Source: Escherichia coli (lineage in GTDB: Bacteria; Pseudomonadota; Gammaproteobacteria; Enterobacterales; Enterobacteriaceae). Taken from it: a DNA stretch of 64,000 nucleotides. Positions 47,367 to 56,433 of this stretch are shown in pieces. The notes under the pieces are model-generated. The model was not told the origin of the DNA and did no database searches. It worked only from the letters and a program-made list of their open reading frames with translations. The translations under genes and the position numbers were made by a program. The stretch lies in assembly GCF_003790525.1 (NCBI RefSeq), contig NZ_CP033635.1; one strand, given 5' to 3'. Each line of letters starts with the position of its first letter. The stretch's first letter is position 1.

Positions 47367-48248
47367 TTACATAGATGTTTCGTTTAATTCTTCCCGACGA
47401 ACGCTGTAAACGTCGGTGGCTTTTGCCAGCAGTTCGTCATCATCTGAAAGTTTTTGTGCAATGTATTTGTAAGCCTTATCCAGTTCGGAGACAGTGCTGT
47501 AATTCATCGCTGCGCTGGTAAAGGCCATCAGCATTTCTTCTGGCTCACGGCTATCCGCTTTACGCGTTTGCTCATCAGGCTTTTTCACTGATTTAGCGTT
47601 GATCAGACTGTTCATTCCCGCAGCCGTAGTCATTTGCGGAGTAATGTCTCGCTCAACGCGCGGTGCCGTTTCCTGTAATTCGTCAGGGGTGTAAACACCG
47701 AGAAGTACATCAGGAGCGTGCAGGCGAGCCCATCGTTTCGTGCAAAGATATGCAAGTTGCTGGCGCGGATCCTGTTCCCACAATGGAGAGTTACGCACTC
47801 CTGCTTGCGCCATACTGATGGTAAGCTCACGTGGTTCTGCTTCTCCTTTAAGAACTGCTGACACAGTTACCGTCAGATTCGGTGATTTATCTGTTTTGCC
47901 GTTAACATTCGACCAGTCACCGCTCCAGCGATAATTCAGGCGTGTCGCCAGCAGGCTGGAAGAGGATACGACCGCGTTTACCAACTGTGCTTCGTAGCCT
48001 AACGTTCCGTTTACCACATGCGTTTTCTGCGCCACGGCGAAAGGGTTCATTCCCCACTGTGCCGCCTGCATGGTCACCGCCAGGCAATCGGCAGGTTTGC
48101 CTTCAAGATGTTTCGGTACAGTCGCTTTGCTTTGTGACATCAACTCCGCGAAACGCACCAGTTGATTCATACCCTCGGGGCTGAAGATTGCAGCAGCAGT
48201 GCCTACAGTTGCGCCTGGTTGTGATGTGATTGCGATATCATTGCTCAT
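47367..48248 (-). CDS. Single-strand annealing protein (Bet/RecT-like)
   Basis: 293-aa ORF with QAAQWGMNPF segment resembling lambda Bet; directly downstream of exonuclease-like gene. Confidence 0.5.
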   Translation of the reverse strand: MSNDIAITSQPGATVGTAAAIFSPEGMNQLVRFAELMSQSKATVPKHLEGKPADCLAVTMQAAQWGMNPFAVAQKTHVVNGTLGYEAQLVNAVVSSSSLLATRLNYRWSGDWSNVNGKTDKSPNLTVTVSAVLKGEAEPRELTISMAQAGVRNSPLWEQDPRQQLAYLCTKRWARLHAPDVLLGVYTPDELQETAPRVERDITPQMTTAAGMNSLINAKSVKKPDEQTRKADSREPEEMLMAFTSAAMNYSTVSELDKAYKYIAQKLSDDDELLAKATDVYSVRREELNETSM

Positions 48249-49066
48249 ACGTACATATCCTGTTTACGTGCCCAGTCAGGGCGTTTAATAATTTCCACTC
48301 CGCCCCATTCATCGTTGATGCGGCATTCGTGATAGGTATTCAGATCCCGGCGGAACAGAGCGTGCCCGGCATCGACATCCTGCGCATCCAGCTCGAACAC
48401 GCGTACCGGATACCGACCACAATCAATGCTTTCGCTCACGGCAAGAAAGAAAAAACCATGCGGCTGACCAGTAACCATCATTGCGCCTTCGCGGTACATT
48501 GCGTCCTGCACGTGGTAGCGGAATTCCTCGATGTGGCGTGCAAAACGGTCCATATCTGCAACCTTTTTCACGTCGACGATCACGTTGTGCTCGTTCAGCC
48601 ATTTGTCTGGACGAATTCGGCACAACTCCCCCGTCTCTTCATCGTTCCAGTACATTGATGCTTCGCAGTAACCAGGTGCTTCCAGCATCCAGCGTGCCGC
48701 CGGGTGAGCCATTGCGCTATCACGCATCAGCTCCAGTTTCCGCCACTGCTCGGCATCAAGTACCGTAATCCCCATATCCGCCACATCACGAAGAAATTCC
48801 TCTTCGTCAGCTTTACCTTGTTTCGTCCGACGATCGAATTTCGGTGAAACAATGAAGCGTTTGTCGAACTCTCCAGGCTCCAGAAGCAGACAGTGCAATG
48901 CGGTTCCCATATCCAGTGCAGACTTTTTCTCTTCGTCTTCTGGTGCTGCCTGAACCCATTTAAGAAGCGCCGGATTCTTGGCAACCATGTCCAGTTGCGA
49001 CTTACTCACGCCGTCACCGGCGTGGTAGTCTTCGTTGCTGATGTCGAAATAAATTCCCGGTTTCAT
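48245..49066 (-). CDS. Putative PD-(D/E)xK recombination exonuclease
   Basis: 273-aa ORF with D...IVDVKKV motif, overlapping start/stop with annealase gene. Confidence 0.5.
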   Translation of the reverse strand: MKPGIYFDISNEDYHAGDGVSKSQLDMVAKNPALLKWVQAAPEDEEKKSALDMGTALHCLLLEPGEFDKRFIVSPKFDRRTKQGKADEEEFLRDVADMGITVLDAEQWRKLELMRDSAMAHPAARWMLEAPGYCEASMYWNDEETGELCRIRPDKWLNEHNVIVDVKKVADMDRFARHIEEFRYHVQDAMYREGAMMVTGQPHGFFFLAVSESIDCGRYPVRVFELDAQDVDAGHALFRRDLNTYHECRINDEWGGVEIIKRPDWARKQDMYV

Positions 49067-49377
49067 GCCGCGTCCCTCTGCCCATCAAGCTGATCAGCCA
49101 GATCCCAGCGGGCGATAATTGCCATTGCCTCGCGCCGGTAGGCATCCATTAGTTCTTCGAACTCAGGGCTGTCTTTAGCGGCCTCCAGTACTTCCTGGCG
49201 AACGCCTTTAACTGTTACAACGTCGAAAGTTGATGCCAGTTGATGAAGCCGGATACTCTCAATCAGTTCAACTTGTCGGTCATATAGCTGTTCTGACAGA
49301 CGGTAGTCCTTGTCGAATGCCAGCATGATTTTTTGAAGATTTTTCTGCTGATTAACGTTCATTATCAGCCCTCCCAT
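49063..49377 (-). CDS. Hypothetical early protein
   Basis: 104-aa ORF, first gene of leftward operon, overlapping stop with exonuclease gene. Confidence 0.4.
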   Translation of the reverse strand: MGGLIMNVNQQKNLQKIMLAFDKDYRLSEQLYDRQVELIESIRLHQLASTFDVVTVKGVRQEVLEAAKDSPEFEELMDAYRREAMAIIARWDLADQLDGQRDAA

Positions 49378-49526
49378 ATCTCGTTATCGTTGGCCACATC
49401 GCGAGCTTCTTTGCTGACGAAAGCCCACTTAATGCCTTCCTGTAAGGTGCGGAACTTCCAGCTCATGAATCCGCATGCAGTAACGCAGTACCAACCGTTG
49501 ATGATTTTCCACTGCATAACTTGTTA

Positions 49527-49603
49527 CCTCGGTCTGTTACCGTTGAGGTAATAATTATGCGTATATGGTTTGATGTCAATAGATATGAGTTAAAAAAATT
49601 ACC
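49527..49603. promoter_or_regulatory. OL-like operator pair (two perfect TTACC-N5-GGTAA palindromes)
   Basis: TTACCgttgaGGTAA at 49527-49541 and TTACCcgttaGGTAA at 49589-49603, between leftward early operon and repressor gene. Confidence 0.5.
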
Positions 49604-49670
49604 CGTTAGGTAATCGAATAGGCAATAAAAAAGCCGCCATAAGGCGGCTTACTTACTGAAAAATATGGTT

Positions 49671-50255
49671 TTATTGTTTGTTTTTTTCGTTCTGGTTGAT
49701 GACAAATTCAATGTAACTTTCGATCTTTGCTTTCTCGGTTTCGGGTAACAATGCGTAGCGCGAGCGATCATAGTTGATGGTCGCAGGGTCATGCGGATGA
49801 ATCAGTAGTTCATATCCGTGACGCCCGAATGCAGATGCAACATTCTCCAGGGTGGAAATGGAAACGCTGACCTCATTGTTTAACAGGCGGCTTATTGTCA
49901 CCTGGGCGACGCCGGATGCGCGGTGAAGTTTTCCCTGAGTTGAAAGGTCGCGGCTTTCACTCATCCAGCGTTCCAGGTTGTGAGCCGCCAGCTGACCTAT
50001 ATCACTCGGGCCGACAGGCTGAAAACCCTCCTGAGAAAGCGAGCGATCAATATCAAGCCAGTTACGGGGTTTATTGGCGGCAGCTTCAATTTTTCGCGCA
50101 ACCTGGTCGCCGATAACCTTCTTGCCAAGAGCCCAGCGGTTTACCAGATTTGCCTGAGTTCCAAGTTTTTCTGCCATCCGCGTCTGAACACCATTGAATT
50201 CACGGTCGATCAAGTCGTTGAGATTTTGCCTGCGGACGTCCTGGATACTTTTCAT
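49671..50255 (-). CDS. Prophage repressor (two HTH regions)
   Basis: 194-aa ORF divergent from cro-like gene; HTH-like segments QTRMAEKLGTQANLVNRWALGKK and ASGVAQVTISRLLNNE. Confidence 0.55.
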   Translation of the reverse strand: MKSIQDVRRQNLNDLIDREFNGVQTRMAEKLGTQANLVNRWALGKKVIGDQVARKIEAAANKPRNWLDIDRSLSQEGFQPVGPSDIGQLAAHNLERWMSESRDLSTQGKLHRASGVAQVTISRLLNNEVSVSISTLENVASAFGRHGYELLIHPHDPATINYDRSRYALLPETEKAKIESYIEFVINQNEKNKQ

Positions 50256-50310
50256 TTTCTGGAAAATCGCCTCATATATGAATCAGTAGATGATTCAATT
50301 TAAAGCAATA

Positions 50311-50373
50311 TTACCCAACAGGTAAATGCACCTCATGGGTAACTATCCTTGATTTTTGTTACCTTATGGGTGA
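50311..50373. promoter_or_regulatory. OR-like operator cluster between repressor and cro-like genes
   Basis: TTACCcaacaGGTAA (50311-50325), weak gcACCtcatgGGTAA (50328-50342), TTACCttatgGGTgA (50359-50373); promoter-like TTGTTA-17-TATTAT overlaps. Confidence 0.5.
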
Positions 50374-50409
50374 ATATTTATTATCTGAAATAAATATCAG
50401 GCAATAGCT

Positions 50410-50640
50410 ATGAGCGATAACGGACATTTCGATTTCAAAAAGCACTGGCTTGCACTTACTCCGGATGAGCGTGAAGCCTTCGCACAGGAAGCCGGAACGA
50501 CGAGTCACTATATCCAGACTCACTTAACAGGTAAGCGCAAAATGCCAGGTAAAGTATTGATGAATGGGCTTTTTAAAGCCTGTAAAACAAGACAATGGCT
50601 GCGCTCAAAAGCAGAACTGGCATACTTCTTCTACTCATGA
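50410..50640 (+). CDS. Cro-like early regulator
   Basis: 76-aa ORF divergent from repressor; followed by terminator. Confidence 0.45.
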   Translation: MSDNGHFDFKKHWLALTPDEREAFAQEAGTTSHYIQTHLTGKRKMPGKVLMNGLFKACKTRQWLRSKAELAYFFYS

Positions 50641-50662
50641 TATCCAGCTACAACCCTCTGTA

Positions 50663-50684
50663 GACCGCCACCCGGCGGTCTTTT
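50663..50684 (+). terminator. Intrinsic terminator after cro-like gene
   Basis: gaccgcc-accc-ggcggtc followed by tttt. Confidence 0.5.
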
Positions 50685-50695
50685 CATATCTATTC

Positions 50696-50710
50696 GTACC
50701 TCAAAGGTAA
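50696..50710. promoter_or_regulatory. Operator-like palindrome gTACCtcaaaGGTAA
   Basis: Motif family member immediately after the cro terminator. Confidence 0.35.
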
Positions 50711-50788
50711 TAAAAAACCAAATCTGGTTGATCAAATTTTCCAATTGTGCAAAATAGCCAATATCAATAACAAAAAGGTGCGGAAAAA

Positions 50789-51001
50789 TTGAAGATAGTA
50801 ACCAGAATGGAGGCCGCAAAAGCCGGGTTAAATCGCTATTTCACAGGAAAGCGGTGCCGTCACGGCCATCTCTCTGAAAGGTATGTTCTGAACGGAACAT
50901 GTGTTGAATGTGCAATGAATAGCGCCAACCGCCATCGTAATGAATTTGCTTGTGCACTAAAGAGTGCAAGAGGGGAAACCTATGGCAAGCAGCTGGATTA
51001 A
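50789..51001 (+). CDS. Small zinc-ribbon-like protein
   Basis: 70-aa ORF with C-x-H-G-H ... C-x2-C; TTG start in track, true start uncertain. Confidence 0.35.
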   Translation: MKIVTRMEAAKAGLNRYFTGKRCRHGHLSERYVLNGTCVECAMNSANRHRNEFACALKSARGETYGKQLD

Positions 51002-51812
51002 GGTTGAAGTTATCACTCCTGATAAACCTGAAATTTTTCAGATAGCAGAAATTCTGGGTATTGATCCAGATGCTGTTCTTGGAAAGCTGGTTCGTATATG
51101 GGCATGGGCTGACCAGCAAACAATAGACGGTAACGCTGGCAGCGTTACAAAAGGAGTACTTGATAGACTCGCTTTTATTACAGGATTTGCTGACGCCCTC
51201 ATTAGCGTCGGATGGCTTGCTTATCATGACGGCAAACTAATTCTTCCAAACTTTGAGCGACACAATGGAGAATCATCGAAAAAACGTGCACTTACGAATA
51301 GAAGAGTGGCAGAGCATCGAAAACGAGTAACGCAAAAAGTAACGCCAACAGCGTTACAAAAGGAGTTACCAGAGGAAGAGGAAGAGGAAGATATATATAA
51401 AACCCCACACATAGCGCACGTGCGCGAGGGGGCTACGACCAGTGAAGCGAACGGTATGCCGTTGCAGGTGGCTGAACCTGAATTTCTGGATGGCCTGAGT
51501 GAACCCATCGGGAAATTTCCGATGACCGATGACTGGCATCCGTCGCCGGATTTTCGACGGCGTGCTGCGCTGTGGGGAACGGCCCTGCCGGAACCGGAAT
51601 TTACACCTGCTGAACTTGCTGCATTCCGGGATTACTGGATGGCTGAGGGCAAAGTGTTCACGCAGGTTCAGTGGGAACAAAAATTCGCCAGGCACGTAAA
51701 TCATATCAGGGGAAAATCAAAAAACGCCGGGAAAAGCGATGAGCTTGACTGGAATAACACTGACTGGATAGAAGGGGTGTGGGATGAAATCAACTCCAGA
51801 ACTTCTCAATGA
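50982..51812 (+). CDS. Replication initiation protein (O-like)
   Basis: Start MASSWIKVEV after GAGGGG RBS; acidic EEEEEED linker; overlaps start of P-like gene. Confidence 0.45.
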   Translation: MASSWIKVEVITPDKPEIFQIAEILGIDPDAVLGKLVRIWAWADQQTIDGNAGSVTKGVLDRLAFITGFADALISVGWLAYHDGKLILPNFERHNGESSKKRALTNRRVAEHRKRVTQKVTPTALQKELPEEEEEEDIYKTPHIAHVREGATTSEANGMPLQVAEPEFLDGLSEPIGKFPMTDDWHPSPDFRRRAALWGTALPEPEFTPAELAAFRDYWMAEGKVFTQVQWEQKFARHVNHIRGKSKNAGKSDELDWNNTDWIEGVWDEINSRTSQ

Positions 51813-52560
51813 GTACGATCGCTTACGTGAGCATGGTGTTGCTGTGCATGAAGAGCGGCGTGACAGCAATGGCAAAAAGGAGCAGGTCGCTAGAATTTTC
51901 AATGAACTATTTGTCCAGTTACAGGCTGCATTTCCCGCAAGCGTTTCGACCATAAGGGAGCAGAACAAACTTAATGAATTCCGTAAGCAATGGATGCTTG
52001 CGTTTCTGGAGAATGGGATCACAACAATGGAACAGGTTAACGCTGGTATGCGCCACGCCCGCGCCAGTGAGTCTCCGTTCTGGCCGTCGCCAGGGCAATT
52101 TATCAAGTGGTGTAAAGACAGCAAGATGGTTCTTGGCGTCACCATTGACGATGTGATGGCGGAGTTTCACCGGTACAGCAAGGAAAAAAGTTTATATCCT
52201 GGTGGTCCCGAAAGATTCCCGTGGCGGCATCCGGTTATGTACTGGGTCGTATGTGATACCCGCCGTGCAATGTATCAGCGCCAGCTTAGCGAGATTGAAG
52301 TTGAGAAACACGCGCGCAGGCTGCTCGATGATTGGGCGAAAAAGGTGGCTTCCGGGCAGCAGATACCCGATCCGGTGATCAGCATACAGGCAAAGCCAGA
52401 ACCCATGAGTACGCCTCCGGACACAGGGAGAGACGTTTACCACCCGCCAGGGCGAAGTTTCGGGTGCATGCCTAACGCCGCCACCCTTGGGGGAATAACA
52501 CCGGCTCAGTGGCTGATGGAGGAATACAGGCGGGGAAAGGCGGCAGGATTTATCAAGTAA
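51784..52560 (+). CDS. Replication protein P-like (DnaB helicase loader)
   Basis: 258-aa ORF with ENGITTMEQVNAGMRHAR and PSPGQF, matching lambda P as recalled. Confidence 0.75.
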   Translation: MKSTPELLNEYDRLREHGVAVHEERRDSNGKKEQVARIFNELFVQLQAAFPASVSTIREQNKLNEFRKQWMLAFLENGITTMEQVNAGMRHARASESPFWPSPGQFIKWCKDSKMVLGVTIDDVMAEFHRYSKEKSLYPGGPERFPWRHPVMYWVVCDTRRAMYQRQLSEIEVEKHARRLLDDWAKKVASGQQIPDPVISIQAKPEPMSTPPDTGRDVYHPPGRSFGCMPNAATLGGITPAQWLMEEYRRGKAAGFIK

Positions 52561-52597
52561 TACCAGCGCGATAGCGCATTTTTTTACGCCTTGATAA

Positions 52598-52612
52598 TTA
52601 CCTGTAGGGTAA
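52598..52612. promoter_or_regulatory. Operator-like palindrome TTACCtgtagGGTAA
   Basis: Perfect motif family member. Confidence 0.4.
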
Positions 52613-52659
52613 CAAAATATTCTAAACTCTATTGATTTCGTGTCTTATGTGGTTTTTAA

Positions 52660-52674
52660 TTACCTCAGAGGTAA
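52660..52674. promoter_or_regulatory. Operator-like palindrome TTACCtcagaGGTAA 3 nt upstream of ATG
   Basis: Perfect palindrome overlapping the translation initiation region of the 52678 gene. Confidence 0.4.
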
Positions 52675-52677
52675 ATC

Positions 52678-53022
52678 ATGAGAAAACAGATACAGGCTCT
52701 TGGTCGACTCAAAACAGGCCAGATGAACAAAACAGAATCTGCGTATTGCCAGCACCTTGAGCTGCGTAAACGTGCAGGGGAAATCGCCTGGTATCGATTC
52801 GAGGGTATCAAGCTGCGGTTAGCTGACAACACGTTCTATACGCCCGATTTTGCTGTGATGCTCGCCACCGGCGAGATGGAACTGCACGAAGTGAAAGGTT
52901 TCTGGACCGACGACGCTAGGGTGAAAACCAAAGTCGCCGCAGATCAGTATCCGTTCCGAATCATCGGGGTAACGGTTAAACCAAAGAAAGCAGGTGGTGG
53001 CTGGAACATCGAAGAGTTCTGA
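52678..53022 (+). CDS. Small PD-(D/E)xK-like nuclease (nin-region)
   Basis: 114-aa ORF with YTPDFAVM...GEMELHEVKGFW (D, E-x-K pattern). Confidence 0.4.
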   Translation: MRKQIQALGRLKTGQMNKTESAYCQHLELRKRAGEIAWYRFEGIKLRLADNTFYTPDFAVMLATGEMELHEVKGFWTDDARVKTKVAADQYPFRIIGVTVKPKKAGGGWNIEEF

Positions 53023-53083
53023 ATCGACGATCTTTTTAGTTATCAATGTAATCAATAAGTTATGTGGATAAGCGAGGGTAAAG

Positions 53084-53626
53084 ATGGAAAGTAATATCAA
53101 AGGGTTAGTTGCCGCCGGGCATGAGATGGCTTCGGAACTGAAAGCTGAATGTGGTGCCGTTGATATGCGTAGTGTGGCAAAGCTGCTCAGCGATTTGGCA
53201 ACGCAACTGGAAGTGCAACTGGTGCGTGCTAATGCGCTGGCCGAAGACCAACAGAGAGCGATTGAGTCAATTAAGCAGGCTGATTCGGCTGTTAAGTTGG
53301 CACACAAGAAGTTTTCGGAGCTGGCAGCGGAGAATGCGGCACTGAAGGCTGCGCACCCTCAACCATTCGGACCTGAGATGATGAAGGCTCTTGATGCGTA
53401 TGAGAAGTATCAGGATGAAGTGCCGGAGACTGGGATGCTCAATGCATTTTTCATCTTGCGCGACAGTATCCGTGTTGACACCCCAGCCACCGACGCTTTC
53501 CTAGCTGAAGTTCGAGCGCAGGGTGTAGATATGGCAGCTTGCGCCCTTGATAACGTAAACCAGTTCAATTACGCAAACATGCTCGATGATTTAGCGCAGA
53601 AGATTCGCAAAGGAGTGCAGTCATGA
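53084..53626 (+). CDS. Hypothetical phage protein
   Basis: 180-aa ORF, helical/coiled-coil composition. Confidence 0.4.
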   Translation: MESNIKGLVAAGHEMASELKAECGAVDMRSVAKLLSDLATQLEVQLVRANALAEDQQRAIESIKQADSAVKLAHKKFSELAAENAALKAAHPQPFGPEMMKALDAYEKYQDEVPETGMLNAFFILRDSIRVDTPATDAFLAEVRAQGVDMAACALDNVNQFNYANMLDDLAQKIRKGVQS

Positions 53627-53808
53627 AAAACCGTAAAGCCAAAATCATCGTTCTTCGCGCTCTGAAAAACTGCTACCCGCGCCAATGGCTGAATGTAAGC
53701 AATCGACGCATGGTTCTCTTCACGCTAGGTGGTGTTAGCCGTGAAGGGCATCAATTCAAAAACAGCGCAGCACAGAATCGCTGGAAGAATCATGCGAGGT
53801 TCCAATGA
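53623..53808 (+). CDS. Small basic protein, paralog 1 (MKNRKAK family)
   Basis: 61-aa ORF starting ATGAAAAACCGTAAAGC, ATGA overlap with upstream stop; ends AAQNRWKNH. Confidence 0.35.
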   Translation: MKNRKAKIIVLRALKNCYPRQWLNVSNRRMVLFTLGGVSREGHQFKNSAAQNRWKNHARFQ

Positions 53809-53914
53809 GCAATATCGACAAGCGGCCTCTACGTGACAAGCTGTCACCGTATGACACAGAAGAGATGCTTGAGGCTATGCGTATTTTTCTGTAAGAACAG
53901 GGAGGTGAGCAAAA

Positions 53915-54232
53915 ATGACGATCACAAAACAACGGGTAGAAGAAATCATATCCCGCATTGAAATGTATGGGCATGGCGCAGGGTATACCGCCGAAGAGGT
54001 TTATGACCTGGCTGTACTGGCGCTGAATTTATCAAATATCGCAAAACTCAAGCGATACGAGCTTGATATGGATGGTTGTGACTCGTTCGGTCAGGATTGT
54101 GGCGCTGACATGACTGAAGATTCTGATGGCGATTATGTCCTGTTTGATGACGTGGTTAAGTTGTTTGAGTTTGATACAACCACTCAGAAGATAGAAAGCC
54201 CAGCAAAGGAGGCAACCAGTGAGCAAGATTGA
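53915..54232 (+). CDS. Hypothetical phage protein
   Basis: 105-aa acidic ORF. Confidence 0.35.
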   Translation: MTITKQRVEEIISRIEMYGHGAGYTAEEVYDLAVLALNLSNIAKLKRYELDMDGCDSFGQDCGADMTEDSDGDYVLFDDVVKLFEFDTTTQKIESPAKEATSEQD

Positions 54233-54773
54233 CTATCAGGCACTGCGTGAAAAGGCAGAGAAAGCAACGTGTGGTGTATGGTCGATCGAATATGGAGAGA
54301 GCCGATTTGATGGTGATGATGCGTTAATTCACCGTGAAGTTGCTGGATATATTCCCATTTGCAGAATTGAAGGAGCGCATCCTGAAAGCGGTTTCGATGA
54401 AGATTTCCAAACTGAACAGCAGGCCAATGCTGAATTCATCGCCGCAGCCAATCCGGCTACTGTGCTGGCGCTTCTGGATGAACGGGAAAGAAACCAGCAA
54501 TACATCAAACGCCGCGACCAGGAGAACGAGGATATTGCGCTAACGGTAGGGAAGCTGCGCGTTGAGCTGGAAGCCGCAGAGAAGCGCATAGCAGAACTGG
54601 AAGCGCGGGAAATACTGCTCCCTGAACGTAGCAGCATGCTTCATCGAACAGATTTTCACGATGATTACCAAACGGTAATGGCATACAAAGTTTCTGAAGT
54701 CATCGATGCAATCCGCGCTACTGGCATTTGCATCAAAGGAGACGCAGGAGAGCAAAACGATGAAAAACCGTAA
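54219..54773 (+). CDS. Ead/Ea22-like protein
   Basis: 184-aa ORF MSKIDYQALREKAEKATCGVWSIEYGE, resembles lambdoid Ea22-like proteins. Confidence 0.5.
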   Translation: MSKIDYQALREKAEKATCGVWSIEYGESRFDGDDALIHREVAGYIPICRIEGAHPESGFDEDFQTEQQANAEFIAAANPATVLALLDERERNQQYIKRRDQENEDIALTVGKLRVELEAAEKRIAELEAREILLPERSSMLHRTDFHDDYQTVMAYKVSEVIDAIRATGICIKGDAGEQNDEKP

Positions 54774-54936
54774 AGCAAAATTACTTCTTTTATCGCGTTC
54801 GACGGGGTACGAGAAGCTACCAATCAGCAATCACAAACGGGCGGTGATCGGCATGTTTGGTAGGGTGGTATTCGCATTTAACTATAAACCCACCGCGTCG
54901 CGGAACAGACGAGAGAAGGGGTACGCAGTGCGATGA
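54760..54936 (+). CDS. Small basic protein, paralog 2 (MKNRKAK family)
   Basis: Starts with the same ATGAAAAACCGTAAAGC inside the 3' end of the Ea22-like gene. Confidence 0.3.
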   Translation: MKNRKAKLLLLSRSTGYEKLPISNHKRAVIGMFGRVVFAFNYKPTASRNRREKGYAVR

Positions 54937-55124
54937 AAAACCGTAAGGCAAAGATGCTGATAGCAAAGCCCGGGCAGCGTATCCGTATCTCAAATCGGCT
55001 TGTTATTTACTATAGATATCTGGGTTTTAGGGGGTGTTCCTCTATTCGTTTTTACGGTGTCTGGCGAAACAGAAGCGCAGCACAAAACCGCTGGAAAAAC
55101 CACTTTCGCACTAAAGGAGAGTGA
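54933..55124 (+). CDS. Small basic protein, paralog 3 (MKNRKAK family)
   Basis: 63-aa ORF, same 5' sequence, ends SAAQNRWKNH like paralog 1. Confidence 0.35.
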   Translation: MKNRKAKMLIAKPGQRIRISNRLVIYYRYLGFRGCSSIRFYGVWRNRSAAQNRWKNHFRTKGE

Positions 55125-55125
55125 T

Positions 55126-55875
55126 ATGACCACTTTCACCGACAAAGAACTGATTAAAGAAATCAAAGAGCGTATCAGCAGCCTGGACGTTCGAGACAAT
55201 ATTGAACGCCGGGCTTATGAAATTGCACTGGCATCGCTGGAAGCAGATCCAGTTGCTTATATTTTCAAACATCCGGCCGGGAAATTATTCTGGGCTTTGA
55301 CGGATGAAAGCAATAAAGAGCAATCGGACGTTATTCCTGTTTATGCCGCCCCTCCAGTGCCAGTAGTACCTGAAGAAAAACCAATGCCTAACCCTCTTAA
55401 AATGTACGCGGTCGATGCTGTTGCCGCTATTGCAGAGGTGAGAGGCTGGAACGCCTGCCGCGCCGCCATGCTTCAGGCCGAACCTGTAAGTAATAGTGAT
55501 GAGTTACCGCTGGACTATCTGCAAGGACACAAAGACGGCCTGGAGTGGGCTGCACAATTGGCAGAAGCCAATCATCCGCAAACAGGTGACTGGTTGTACG
55601 ACGACCCAATCGATCTTGCCAGGGCGATTCGCAAAGGTCCTGATATGCCTACTGTTCAGGCTGGCAACTATCCGGTAACTCCGGATGGTTGGATAAGCTG
55701 TAGTGAGCGAATGCCCGCTCAAGATGATTGGATTTTTATTTATTCAAAGCACGGCGAGTATATGGCAGGACAGGTACAAGGGGAATACGTGGAGTTGAGC
55801 GACGGCACTTTATCGTGGTTAGGGAACGCCTTGTACTGGATGCCTCTACCGGAACCGCCGCAGGAGGTTAATTGA
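55126..55875 (+). CDS. DUF551-family phage protein
   Basis: Start MTTFTDKELIKEIK after GGAG RBS; C-terminal YWMPLPEPP signature. Confidence 0.55.
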   Translation: MTTFTDKELIKEIKERISSLDVRDNIERRAYEIALASLEADPVAYIFKHPAGKLFWALTDESNKEQSDVIPVYAAPPVPVVPEEKPMPNPLKMYAVDAVAAIAEVRGWNACRAAMLQAEPVSNSDELPLDYLQGHKDGLEWAAQLAEANHPQTGDWLYDDPIDLARAIRKGPDMPTVQAGNYPVTPDGWISCSERMPAQDDWIFIYSKHGEYMAGQVQGEYVELSDGTLSWLGNALYWMPLPEPPQEVN

Positions 55876-56159
55876 TGGTCTCCTTCGCGAAATATACGAT
55901 TATTGACTGGATAGCATTCATTCAGGTTTTGCTCATCTGGTTTTATATGGCTTACAGGAGTGGACAGTGGATTGTCAGTGTAGCCTGTAGCAATGGATGG
56001 CGTTGGTGGAACCGAAAGAATAAAAAAGCGCTGGCCTTGGCTTCGTTTTACGAAGCATTCAATCTTAACAGTCTTCAGCCTGGTTCTGTCGTTGTAGTCA
56101 CCACTCAAAGCGGCATGACGATACAAATTCACAAGCCAAAGGAGGAAGGTCGTGGCTAA
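55872..56159 (+). CDS. Hypothetical small membrane protein
   Basis: 95-aa ORF with hydrophobic N-terminal segment. Confidence 0.3.
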   Translation: MMVSFAKYTIIDWIAFIQVLLIWFYMAYRSGQWIVSVACSNGWRWWNRKNKKALALASFYEAFNLNSLQPGSVVVVTTQSGMTIQIHKPKEEGRG

Positions 56160-56433
56160 CCTGCAACTTGCCGTTAAAGGTGAATACTTCGATGCCATGA
56201 TTCGCGGGGAGAAAACGGAAGAGTATCGCCTGTGTAATGACTACTGGAATAAGCGAATTATGTTCCGCGAGTATGACCGCCTGATTATCACAAAGGGATA
56301 TCCGAAGCGCGACGATTCCAGCCGCAGAATTGACGTCCCGTATGACGGATATGAAATCAAGACAATCACACATCCGCACTTCGGCGATAAACCGGTAAAG
56401 GTGTTCGCTATAAAGGTGAATATTGATGGCTAA
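56152..56433 (+). CDS. ASCH-domain-like protein
   Basis: 93-aa ORF MANLQLAVKGEYFDAMIRGEKTEEYR. Confidence 0.4.
   Translation: MANLQLAVKGEYFDAMIRGEKTEEYRLCNDYWNKRIMFREYDRLIITKGYPKRDDSSRRIDVPYDGYEIKTITHPHFGDKPVKVFAIKVNIDG

Noticed and set aside
53805-53894. 29-codon ORF (MSNIDKRPLRDKLSPYDTEEMLEAMRIFL) containing a GTGACA-N3-TGTCAC inverted repeat
   Set aside because: Too short to support from sequence alone; palindrome may instead be a small regulatory site. Left unannotated.
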